Assembly (NCBI GenBank): GCA_965153285.1 | Contig: OZ229113.1 | Direction: 5' to 3' (one strand) | DNA length: 64,000 bases | Source of the DNA: Podarcis tiliguerta | Lineage: Eukaryota | Shown here: one piece after another, positions 34,689 through 46,490 of the stretch | Position numbering within the stretch: position 1 is the stretch's first letter | Layout of the letters: each line of letters starts with the position of its first letter | Notes under the pieces: model-generated | Database searches by the model: none | What the model saw: the letters and a program-made list of their open reading frames with translations, nothing else | What the model was told of the DNA's origin: nothing | Made by a program: the position numbers and the translations under genes

Positions 34689-35596
34689 AGAGGAAACTGT
34701 TTCCATGAGATTAAGCTTTGAGGAAATCTTAACTTCTTGAAGCTGTTTCATAGTCTTAGACTCAATTTACAGTTGGCAAAGGAAACATTCAAAAAAGAGA
34801 AATAGGTCTATCAATGGTTATTACCTGTGACAGCTAAATGTCATATAGTCAATAGTAGCATATCTCTCAGTACCGTCAATAGATAGAAAGCAAAATTCTT
34901 GAATTGAACCTCCTTCCTTTGTTTCGTCTGTGTTACATTTTAGATTGCAATCTACTCAGGGCAGCAACCTGTTTTGCTGTGCAGCGCTATACTTGTCTAC
35001 TCAGAAGTAGGGTCATGAAAAGGTCTGCAGAATAGGAGAGGATGGTAGCTTCAGAATTGGGTGGAAGGTGGAAAAGGTGCAAAGAAGTTGCAATGTGTGG
35101 GACGAAGAAGATGCTGGATTGTACAAAAGGAGGAGGTAAAAACAAGCAAAATGGAGCTGGAAAACAAAAAAAGAGAAGCAGTGTCAGAATAAGGGGTTGG
35201 GAAGGTGAAAAGTGAGCTGAGTAATTGCATGGGGTGGGAAGAGGAAGTTAATGTGGGGAAAAGGTAGGGTGGCTGGCGAGCAGAGGAAGCAGGGGTGCAG
35301 CCCCTAGTTATAAATACAATTCAAGTCCATTGCTAAAATTGCCACTTTTCCGGGTTTATCCAGCTCCCACTGGTTCTTTAGAAGTTAAATCTAGTTTGTC
35401 AAGTACAGTATGTTGAAAGATGTCAGAACACCACTATTTCCCTCACAAAAGCACAATATAGATCTCTGTCAGCAACTATTAGGGAACGTTCACTAAAAAT
35501 TGTGGCAAGATTTTTGAGTGACGCCATGAAATTACATCACCATTAAGAGCCATTTTCGTACCTCATGATGTCTGGAAAGTTTTATCCTAAAGTATA

Positions 35597-35858
35597 TCGA
35601 AACAAAATAAAAAATACCTTCCAGTAGCACCTTAGAGACCAACTATGTTTGTTATTGGTATGAGCTTTTGTGTGCATGCACACTTCTTCAGATACGTATC
35701 TGAAGAAGTGTGCATGCACACAAAAGCTCATACCAGTGACATACCACATGAAAGTTCATACCAATAACAAACTTAGTTGGTCTCTAAGGTGCTGCTTGAA
35801 GGATTTTTTAAATTTTGTTTCGACTATGGTAGACCAACACGGCTATCTACCTGTATCT
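35597..35858. mobile_element. Penelope-like element terminal-repeat remnant in inverted arrangement, with hammerhead motifs
   Basis: Inverted arms of about 100 bp centred at 35695/35696; CTGAAGA-stem II-(G>A)AAAGCTC motif on each strand. Confidence 0.75.
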
Positions 35859-36216
35859 CTTACTGTGTTTCGTTAACTGTGTTGTGTTCTGATCCACGTA
35901 TATAATTTACTTTTTCTATGCCAATAAAGGAGATGATTGATTGATTGATTGGGGAAAATGTACATTAATGGTATTTAACACTGAGGTATCTATCATATAT
36001 AAAGCCCAATAGCTCTCTGTTATGTTGGCAAGGGTGCCAAATTATAGGTACATACAAACATCTGTGGTGGAAACGTCGACAAATTTTTGAAGGAAGCTTC
36101 TACAGAGATCAGATTACAGCTCAGACAATTCCAATAACCCCAGTTTTAGACTTACTGTATATACTTAGACTGTATATACTTCAGATATGGACCAATTAAA
36201 AAGTAAGGAATTAATA

Positions 36217-36461
36217 CAGTGGTGCCTCGCAAGACGAAATTAATTCGTTCTACGAGTTTTTTCGTCTTGCGACGCACCACTGTGTATTGACGGTTTCCAG
36301 TAGGAATGCATTGGCGGTTTTAAAAAAAGGCGCAAGACGTTTCGTCTTGCGAAGCAAGCCCATCGGGAAATCCTTCTTGCGAAGCAACTCAGAAAACGAA
36401 AAACTCTTTCGTCTTGCGAGTTTTTCGTCTTCCGAGGCATTCGTCTTGCGAGGTACCACTG
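36217..36461. mobile_element. Tc1/mariner (Tigger-like) MITE
   Basis: TIR CAGTGGTGCCTCGCAAGACGAA / TTCGTCTTGCGAGGTACCACTG; TA TSD; internal TTCGTCTTGCGA repeats. Confidence 0.88.
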
Positions 36462-37735
36462 TAACACATTTAGTAATAGCAGTTAGAACAGTAATAGCCA
36501 GCACTTAGAAAACCTTGCAATTAATGAATATTGATCACTGGTGTAAAATAGTCTGGCAAAAAGCCATAATGGAAAATATATTGCAAAAAAATAAAAATGA
36601 AGGTGGCAAGGGGAGAGAGAAAAACGATACTGTTTTTTACACTGTGTAATATGGTTTTATTAAATATACAAATGAAACAATACATGGATGAGAAATACCT
36701 ACAGCATATTGCAATATGGCATACATGAGCAGGCACTGCTCATTAGCTCACTTCTACAGTTCTATTTTCTGAGTTGATTTATTGAAGAATTCATTGAACT
36801 GGTTTACTGTAATAACTTTATTATTATGTACTGTAAAACAATATGTTTAGTATTTACCCTCCCCCATGGCCCATTTTTTTGTCAGCTGTGTCATGTTTCA
36901 TGATTTATGTGTGTACAATTTTGTAAAGGAAGAATATATATACACAGAGAGAGATTTTTTAAAAAAACAACGGTGTATAAAATTTATGAAATAAAGAATA
37001 CATGACTGTGCTGTATTACCACTCCTCTTTCCTACCACTTCACAGCCATACCCTGCTCACACCTAATGCATGCGAAGTCTGGGCCACTGCAGTCACCATT
37101 TTTCCTTGTGTCCCTGCAACATCCTGGGTGCTTTTCTGCCACCTTTACTGATGCAATGGCCTTTCACTTAATCCTATATGCTTCATTTTTGCCTTGCACA
37201 CTAGTGGACTGTGCCTCTCATTTTAGCTGTTGGGAAGTGAAGGGGTGGGGAAAGAGACCACAACCAGTTGGGAATGCCCCGGCCACTGAGTGCATTATTA
37301 TTCAGAGTGCCGTCAGACCACCATGGAAATATAGACAATTTGTAACATTGCTCAAGTTCTGCTTTTGGGGTAATGTTTGAAGAAATGCAGTATCCTTACA
37401 ACTTTCTTCAGAGTTCATTTCTGAGCATTTTGGCACACTGTATTGAATGAAGGTATTAATTGCAGATCTGAATAATTTGCAACTTCCAAACCAAACACAG
37501 CCTAGCAGACTTAATATTATGGCCTGCTCGATGGCTGGCAACTCCTCTCTTTTTTTCAGTTCTCAACAGGCAACACCAGGAGGCTGTTTAGGCCCTTGGT
37601 AGCTTGTAGTCCAGTGGTGTACAGGGTTGATTTAGTTGGCTTGGGAGCAGCCCTATTCCCAAAGGTAGAAGGCAAACATCCGTCTAATGTTGCCCCCATT
37701 AAACCCCTTTCCTTGTGTTTTTAAATTGCTTTAAC

Positions 37736-37872
37736 CAGGGCTCTTTTTCAGCTAAAACTCATACTCAGTTCCAGTACCTCTCAGGTGGGTGCCATTGCTA
37801 TTAAAAGAGAACAAGGGAGATGTTCATAGTGGGTTCTGGCACCTCTTTTTCTCGAAAAAAAAAATAGCACTG
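37736..37872. mobile_element. Probable hAT MITE
   Basis: Imperfect TIR CAGGGCTCTTTTT / AAAAATAGCACTG; TSD not clear. Confidence 0.5.
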
Positions 37873-38859
37873 TAACCTGTCCTGGGATGTAAGAAATCTA
37901 ATGCAATAAATATATTGACATTGCAAGGAAGCTGGTGGCTCAAACACCAGTATATCACAGAATCACAGATTTGTAGAGTTGGAAGGGAGAGTGGGGGTCA
38001 TCTAGTCCAACCCCCTGCAGTGGAGAAATCTTTCACCCAGCATGGGACTTGGATCCATGACTCTGAGATTAAGAGTCTCATACTCCACCAATTAACAAAA
38101 TGTGGTCTGTACTAACAAGGAAAAACTTGACACACCATCTACAGATATTAAGAGGAACACCTGAAGCGAGACTCCATGTAGTCTTGCGAAGACTGTGGTG
38201 TCTTTCTGATATATGGTTTATTTACACATGCATACAACCTGAGCTTGCGATAGCGGGGGCTCACAGCATTAACACCCCACAAGTTTCTCCCATTGCCAAA
38301 GCAGCCTTACATCAAAAAGAAATCCGCCATGGCTCTCTGACCGTCTGCTGCATTTTTACAGACGGCCACTTATTCTCGCAGTGCTCACATTCCAGCCAAC
38401 TGCAATCCTAAGCAACTACTCTCCTTCCAACCCTGGTCTTTGTCCTGCTAACTAACTCAGAGCTGGAGGAGGGGCTCCTCCCATTTTTCCATCAGGCACA
38501 GAGCCCCTCTCCATAGCTTTCATAATGGACCATTGCCTTTCCTTTGACTTTGGACAATAGCTGATCTCCCAGGTGATTTCCTGAACACAGGAAGCTGGGT
38601 TGACCTGTATTTTAACACTTTGCTAAATCAAATATCCGGCATCCGAGAATTAGAAGGGGGTTCCAGGCAGTCCACAAACTCATAGCAATACTAAGGGACA
38701 AAGCAAAAAATGACAGGGGTAATTGGGCGTAGTTATTTCCGCTTTTTGGGGGGGGTTTTGCTTTTTTGTGTGTGTTCTTTTTAAAAACAAACTTGAACCA
38801 TGAGGATAGAAGATCCTGTTCTCCATGCAATATGTGTTATTTTTGTGCGCAAAAGCATG

Positions 38860-38972
38860 AGCATGAAAAGGAAGTAGGTGTTGCAATATACTCTCTGGAG
38901 CCAGCGTCCAGACACTTGAGACAAAATTTGAACCTCAAACCTTCACAGCGGCAGATGTGAATGAATAAACAG
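38860..38972 (+). promoter_or_regulatory. Candidate promoter and non-coding exon 1 of the P2RY8-like gene
   Basis: PU.1-type AAAAGGAAGT (38866-38875), C/EBP-like TTGCAAT, and donor CAG|GTAAAC at 38972/38973; candidate acceptors at 43760 or 43794 before the ATG. Confidence 0.4.
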
Positions 38973-39535
38973 GTAAACTAATTGGTTTTTTTCCCTTTTT
39001 AAAAAAAGGTAACGGAAGAAGCAATCATTTTTACTAACAGGCTTAATTTATTATACAGTATTAGTTTTGACTGCTATTTCTTTTTTAAAAAACTATTTAC
39101 GTGTAGTGTATTTACGATTAAGTGTATTGCAAAGTCTAGCTCTGTTACTCAGAAAGCTGCTTTGGATGGAATTCAGTTGCAAAGTTATTTAACTAGAAGG
39201 AGAGCATTGAACATTGAAGGAATATAAAAGATGAGTACTTATATGTTTTGAACATATTTAGTGTATGTGCTTCTGGGTAAGGGGTTTCTGTGTGTAGCAG
39301 TAGTAGTAACAGGCTAGTATATATGTATTTATATGTATGCGGGCATCTGGATGCTTGTGAATTTTTACCAGACACAAATTTACCATCCACTTGGGTCAAT
39401 TTCATTCCCAGAGTAAATAGCTCTTCCATACATTAGCAAGCATTTTGCATTAACTGTGATAATTTCACTCATTAACATGACAAATTCTCTTTGAGAAAGT
39501 ATGCCTTTTTGAGAACAGAATTTCTCAACACTATA

Positions 39536-39763
39536 CAGTGGTACCTCGGGTTACAAACACTTCAGGTTGCAAACACTTCAGGTTACAAACTCCCCTAACC
39601 TTGGGTTGAGAACTTTGCTCCAGGATGAGAATGGAAATTGTGTGCCGGCAGCGCAGCAGGAGCGGGAGGCTCCATTAGCGAAAGCGCGCCTCAGGTTAAG
39701 AATGGTTTCAGGTTAAGAATGGACCTCCAGAACGAATTAAGTTTGTAACCCGAGGTACCACTG
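39536..39763. mobile_element. Tc1/mariner (Tigger-like) MITE
   Basis: TIR CAGTGGTACCTCGGGTTACAAAC; TA TSD; homolog of 12396-12621. Confidence 0.88.
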
Positions 39764-42700
39764 TACTGCAGGTTTAAGGACCTTAGATAATTTCTGTCAG
39801 TCTAAGGAAACATAATAATTTTCCTAAACCCCACCACCTAGCAAGATCTCTGAATATTTATATGCATTGGATAATAGTTATTGTGCCCCTCCCACAGTTT
39901 TAAAAGCATCCCAAAAGTATGCTAGATTTTTTCTTTTTTAAAGAGCTTATTTGAAATTCAGGGGGGTGTTTGGGGAAGAACAGTTAATAATACAAATGAG
40001 GTCAATGGACATTCATTACCTCTAGTTTACATGTCCCAGAGAAAGATTCTGATTGGCAGGAAAGGATCTCCCATGAGCCTTTGCAGTAATCCTGAGGTGC
40101 ACAAGCTTACTAATTGTTATGTGGGCATCTTAGCCCTCCAATGCAACTCACCTTTAAATACAGCATGGGGTTTGGTAGTTGTTCTCTCCACACACCCAGT
40201 TCATCAGGAACTTGGAATTGGATTGGATGGGCTTCCTCTGTCTACCTGACCAAAGAAGATGTCTTGCCAGGCGTATCAGTGGATTGGTTTTATTTCACAC
40301 TGTTTAATTTATACCAGGAGTCCATAAGATTAATCTTCCCAATCAGAATGACATGCAATCCTGGGGAGGGAAGAAGAGGAGAACAGGCAGCCATCTCTTG
40401 CAGTTGGCTCACTAACTGGCTTATTAAACTTAGCCTGTAAGAAGGCAAAAGCCTCTCACCACCATGTTTGCTCCGAGCCTCCTTTTGTGTGTGATTGGGA
40501 AGGCACTGGTGGGTTGGTGGTTTTACAGGGGAAAGATATCTGGAAGATTGTGACTAGTGGTGTGGCTGTCACTTCTGTAGGGCTGCCCCATATCCATAGT
40601 CAGGGTTTACCCTACCAATAGGCAACGTGATGTGAGTACCTCAGGCAGCAGATGCTGGGGGGAGGGCAACGTAGTATCTGTTCCTCCTGACCCATAACCA
40701 TTTTCCTTTATTAGAGGATAAAGCGGTGTGTGAACCATGCGGCTTGTCCTCTGCTACCTAAGCTAGCCTGCTGCCCTCAGGCGCAAAGGTGGATGCTGTC
40801 CTGTCACCAGTGCTGAAATGAGATTCAGTGGCCAGCCCGCTCATCTTCTATATATGGAATGGTGTAAAGGGGGTGCTATTTGATAGGCCTGACCCTATCA
40901 ATGCTTGATGTAGGGACACCATGTGGAAGGTTGAATGACATGAGGGAGGTACACACATCCCTCCCATTCATGATTCATGAGCGTTGGCAGGCATGTATCT
41001 TATTTTTATTTGTTTTATTAAAATATCGACATCTCACTTTACAGCGTCCTCACCATGGTGTTACCCTGGCACTGAACATGTAGGTGGAATTACTTCTCAA
41101 GGGTGCATGTTGGCACGCAAGGCTGGCATGTACAATCCTACTCCCACCATGTATTTATGAATGCAATATGTGAGATGGGCATGTGCTACTCATGGCAGTG
41201 CCATCAGCTCCCAGAGAGCTACTGGAATTGAAGCAAAGCTCTGGTATTGTTCAATTCTTCATGGATTACTAATTTCTTTCCAGGTGTAATTCAGAAGAAA
41301 ATGGTCTTGAGCTTTTCAAGCCCCAAATGGTCTAGGACTGGGATATCTCATGGACTATCTTGAGCTATCCTCCTGCAGAAACCCCCGCAAGTAACTCAGA
41401 TCAACTGTTCCACTGCCATTTGATGCACACCAGGTGAGCACAAGAGGCAGCTTTTTCAGCCATGGAATCTGGGCTATGGAATGTCTTCTCCAAGAAGGCC
41501 CACTTGGTTCCATCACTGCAGGCCCTTGAATTTTAAAGGTGCTGCTTATATATGGGTACAGCTTATATTCGGGCCAACACGGTATTATTATGGAATAGGA
41601 TGTCCCTATTTTCATAGGAGAAATGTTGGAAGAAATGAGATCTGCCCTCTGAAATGGAATGCTTCTCCCTTCTTAAAGGTTGTGGTGGCTCTACCAATGG
41701 CCTTAGCTGTTAGTCATTTGAACACAGGTCACGGGGATATATTTTTTGTGCACACTCAACACTTGTAGCATTTGCAGACTCACACAAGAAGCAACTCTCA
41801 GCATAAAGCATATAAGAAAACACTTCACAACAGGAAGTGCGTGAGTGGGCCAAGAATTTCTTCAACCTCCTCTCAGGGAGCTTTTAGAGTCTCTGGAAGC
41901 AGGGCTCCCTCTTCTTTTCTTGGTTACAAAACAGCAGTGAGGAAAGACGGTCATGAAAGGAAACGTATTTCACAAGAAGTGAGTTCCTGCAAGTGAAACA
42001 TACAACAGGAAAGCAAAAGCAAAGAAAACTGGGTTTATTTCCTGACTTCATCATGTCTGCAGCTACTCACCCAAACTGCTCTCATCAGTAAATACATGGT
42101 GAAAAGACAGCAAGCTGCAAAAAATGTTTGCCCCCATTCCCCCCTCTCTCTTGTGTACTCCTTGACCTCTGTATTAGCTAAAATAGCCAGCATACATTCC
42201 TGTGTATTAATCCAAAATAATACGATTCTCTTGTTTTTAGAAGCATACGTGGATCTCCAGTGTAAAATGACCGTGAGGCTGAACTTTAGGAAACAAAAAA
42301 GAAATAGTCTTCCCTACACAGCTTTCTAGCTCAGTGAACCTATGAAATATGTACATCAGGACAGAGGAAATAGTATGCTTCTACTTCTTTGGATGATCTG
42401 AGACCAGGGCTTAATTAATATTATAAATGAGTCACTTAAGAGATTTCACGTGGCCTGTTAGCAACAGGTTTTTAAAAAATGTAACAGATTTTCTCTGGAA
42501 AGCGACAATCCGAATTAAAGGCACATGGTGGGGAAATATAAGCTGTGAACGCATAAGAATGCAGTGTCATGTGAACAATGGAGAAAAACAACAACTTGCA
42601 AGCATGAGGTGTGCCAATCCCATTATGAACACCCATCTAGAAGCACCCTGCTCTTAAAATGGTTTCTGGTGATAATTAGCAATAAAATTTCTGAGCGTCT

Positions 42701-43801
42701 ATTTATTTTTTTAAAATAAAATAAAATGCTGGAACTATTTATGGAAAGGAAAATCCTACACAATATAGGAAAGGGCACCTCTTGTGTGTAGAAGAGTTCT
42801 TATTTTATTGTTTTATTTTATTTGGCAAATGTAGCTCTTCATGGCATAGCATTGGGTGAATGAGAAAAGTTGCACCCACTACCAAAAGAACATGATTCTC
42901 GTCCTCTGTCAGCTCAGCTTAGATGCAGCCTCATGTTGCTGAACCTTATTAACTTCTGTAGGTGAGGATACACGTAACTGATTCATGTATGATAATAATC
43001 AAGTGTTCCTTTGGTGACAGTCCCTATAACTTCACAAACACTAAGCAAGCCTTCAGCTTTGTGCCGCATTTTCCATAGCCCCTGGCTCATATATATCAAT
43101 ACGTAGTCTGAAGCATCATCCACGTTTCAGGTTTACCTTCTCCTGAGCAAGTCACAATAATCCTACTGAGAGATTGTGGTGTTAATTAGGATTAGAGAAC
43201 TGACCAGTTGGCTATCATGGTTGAATAACACAAACTATTCCACCTGGTCCCAACAGCACGGCATAATGGCAGAAAGTACCCATGTAAATCTAGAGAAAGG
43301 TAGGCAGTGTGGACTTGTATATGATCCCTGTAATATAATGCTTTGCCCCATCTAACTTCAGGCATTTGCTGCTGAATTTGTCGGTTCCACAGCAGCAGAT
43401 GTTGCCTCTCCTCTCTTGTGGAGCTGCATGTTTTTGTGCCACCTCCTGTCCATCGTCTGCAACTGCATCAGGCATCCAATTTCTCCCTATGTCATTTGCA
43501 TGTTGGGGCAAACCAGATGTGATGCCATGAAGTGTGAAAATACCCAGTGTTTATTAGTAAAATGGTCCACTGCACTAATCCACTATCCCTAATGGTTATG
43601 AGCTTTTGTGGTATTTACTTTTTACATGCTTTTAGGTATCCATTTTTTAAAAAAACAAAACACCACATTTGTGTAATAGACAGAGGTTAAAGTACATATA
43701 TTACCATACTGCTTGCTTACAATGAAGGATGTTACATATACGTTTCCTTTTTAAATCTAGAACTAAGACTCCACCAGCTTTCAGTTCTTTTCAGAAGAAG
43801 G

Positions 43802-44860
43802 ATGCCTCAAGATATGCCACTCATCCCAACATCGAAAGTCTTGTTCCCTCCTGCAAGGCTTGTGTCAGAAGACACATGTGAGATGCTTCGAAGCTATGCA
43901 CTCCAGGTCACTTTGTCTACCATCTTCTCAGTTATTGCCTGCATCAGCATCCCACTCAACCTCATCTGCTTGTGGTTCCTGTGTCGGTATTCGAGGCCTT
44001 GGACTCCCACCATTGTGTTGTGCATCAATCTGGCCCTTGCTGATTTTGTCTACAGCATGATCCTCCCCTTTCAAATAGTTTACCATATACGGGGAAACAA
44101 CTGGCCCTTTGAGGATGCTCTGTGCCGTATTGTCACCGTTCTGTCCTATGGTAATGTGCACTGTTCCCTTTTGACCATGATGTGCATCAGCATTGAGCGC
44201 TACCTGGGAATCGTCCACCCTTTGCGCTACAAAGCCATGAAATCCATGCGAACTTCTGTCCTGACATGCGCCCTCATTTGGGTGTTTGTCTTACTGCCCC
44301 TCGTCCCGCTCATGAAGACCAACCTAACGATTCGTGTGCAAAACCTGGATATAATCACCTGCTTTGATGTTTTGCCTAAAGAGATGTTTGACGACAAGCC
44401 AGAACGCTTCATCGCTTACTTTGCCTCTCTGATATTTTTCTTCTTTTTCCTACCTCTGCTCATCATGGGGTTTTGCTACTTCTCAATCATCATAACACTT
44501 CTCCACTCCCCTTCTACCCAACTCAGAGAAACTAAGAAGCAGACTGTCTGTTTGATAATAGTGTTGCTACTTGTGATCACGGTTTGTTACTTGCCTCACA
44601 TTATCATGTCAATTATCCATTACGTCTTCACTCTTCAGGGGAAAAAAGCATTTTATTTTGAATATAAAATTTCATTTGCAGTAGCCACCATCAATTGCTG
44701 CCTTGACCCATTGGTTTATTACTTTGGCTCCAAAGAGTTCCGGCGAAAGATACAGAAGAAGCTCTGCAGATGCGTAACTGTGGGGGTCAGTGAAAATACT
44801 CCAATCTTTTCAGAGCATGATATCCAAATAACACCAATGCAAAAAGTATTGAATAGATAG
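43802..44860 (+). CDS. P2RY8: P2Y purinoceptor 8-like class A GPCR, 352 aa, single coding exon
   Basis: Seven hydrophobic segments; NLALAD, LPFQIVYH, CISIERY, IITCFDVL and NCCLDPLVYYF motifs typical of P2RY8; divergent from AKAP17A as in human PAR1. May be a paralog rather than the strict ortholog. Confidence 0.82.
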   Translation: MPQDMPLIPTSKVLFPPARLVSEDTCEMLRSYALQVTLSTIFSVIACISIPLNLICLWFLCRYSRPWTPTIVLCINLALADFVYSMILPFQIVYHIRGNNWPFEDALCRIVTVLSYGNVHCSLLTMMCISIERYLGIVHPLRYKAMKSMRTSVLTCALIWVFVLLPLVPLMKTNLTIRVQNLDIITCFDVLPKEMFDDKPERFIAYFASLIFFFFFLPLLIMGFCYFSIIITLLHSPSTQLRETKKQTVCLIIVLLLVITVCYLPHIIMSIIHYVFTLQGKKAFYFEYKISFAVATINCCLDPLVYYFGSKEFRRKIQKKLCRCVTVGVSENTPIFSEHDIQITPMQKVLNR

Positions 44861-44880
44861 TCTGTATTGCTCTGGAATGT

Positions 44881-44886
44881 AATAAA
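44881..44886 (+). terminator. Candidate polyA signal of the GPCR (alternative at 45430-45435)
   Basis: AATAAA 20 nt after the stop codon. Confidence 0.4.
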
Positions 44887-46164
44887 CGTTACCAGGAGCT
44901 AATTCATTGCAGAACCTCAACTGCCAAGTTACACAGAACTATTTTGCCAAACGTTTCTGGAAGATCAAATGGACTACAATTATCACACATGATTCTATTT
45001 CTTTTGAGTAAAGGCAACTGATGTTAGACTGGTGCAGCTGAAAGACACCTGTCTTATTAAGAGACACCTGCAAATGTAGCATGAGGAGGAAAGCATGTAT
45101 TTAACCACTTTTGACTATGCAGAATTTATGGAACAAATGTTAATAGAAATATTTGGTTGAATGGAAACAGACATTTGTTAAGACTTCCTTCCTTAAATGT
45201 CACAAATTACCTGTGCCACTAAGTCACAAAAGAATGCAACTACCTGGAGTACAGATTCTCAGTAATTAGAATGATCTTGTAATTTGTTCTTTGTTATTGA
45301 TGTTGATCTGACAAAGCTTTGTATGGACAAATCTTGCTATGCTGTGTGAGCACCTGACGTGGTGCTTGCCATCTCAGGTAACAATATTGTTGCAAGTGCC
45401 ATTCTTAAATACTACATCCATATAGTTTTAATAAAAGAATGTTTATTGTGTCTGCATTCCAATTTTAAGTTAATGTTCTTCTTTGCTGTCTTTGGAATAT
45501 TCAAATCTGGGATAACCATGAGAGATCAGGGTCAATTTACACAACCGGCAGAATCAACTGACAAAACTGTTCCTGAACCATATTATTGCTATGGAATGAG
45601 ATAGGGTGGAATCTGAATATTGTAGAGAAAGGCAACAATTTCTTGGAGGAGTTCTGTGCTGAACTCACTTAAATGCTAATTGTTTGCTAAAAGGTTTGAG
45701 CCCAGCACACAGGCTTCAATTTGTGAACAGTTACTAATTCTGTTTGGATAACTTCAGGCTTTTTCTCACCTGTCTCTTATTTTGTTACCCATGCTCCATT
45801 TGCTTGGTAGTCCTGTCATGTAGATGGTCTTCATCAGTATGGGCCAGGGGCTGATGAATAGCAGCCTGGCCTTCAGCATTGCCTAGATACAAGACTTCCT
45901 GGGAACCACATGTAAGCTGCACTGAGTTCCCTGGAGGGAAAAGCAGGTTATAGATATTATAAATAACAACCAGACATACCTCTAAATGTATATGAGGCAT
46001 GAAAGCCATTTCAGTAGTGGACAGTCATGTATGTTATATCAACCAAGCCTTGTGTTTCATTGTGATTCTTTTTATGTATTTATAGCATTTTTACCCCACT
46101 CTTCAACCACAAAGGCTCTGAGAGTGTGGTCCTCAGGCTTATAATCCAGAAGACATGACTAGAA

Positions 46165-46490
46165 CCTGGGGCAGAAATTCAATTCAGTTTGCATTTAAAG
46201 GTGAACGTACCTAATTCACACTTTATGAAACCTACATAAACTGAGACAATACATGAAACACAACCATCTATCAAAATTTGCAATACAGTTCTCCAACCAA
46301 GTAATGTACATATACTAGGGTAACATGTTCCATAAAAATGCATATATTGATGAAAATAACATACAAAAATGCATTATATTACAAGGAAATGCTGTGCAAA
46401 AATGTGCATATTTGGGGGAATTACATTTGAAAATGTGCACATTAGGAGGAATTTGCACTTAAAAGTTGATGAATTTTCATGAGGTTGAGA
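46165..46490. mobile_element. AT-rich interspersed repeat, inverted homolog of 52426-52838
   Basis: GAAATTCAATTCAGTTTGCATTTAAA matches the reverse complement of 52800-52826. Confidence 0.55.

Noticed and set aside
36217-36461. Repeated TTCGTCTTGCGA units that look array-like
   Set aside because: The units are short and irregularly spaced, and they match the MITE's own TIR sub-repeats. This is not CRISPR, and the context is eukaryotic.
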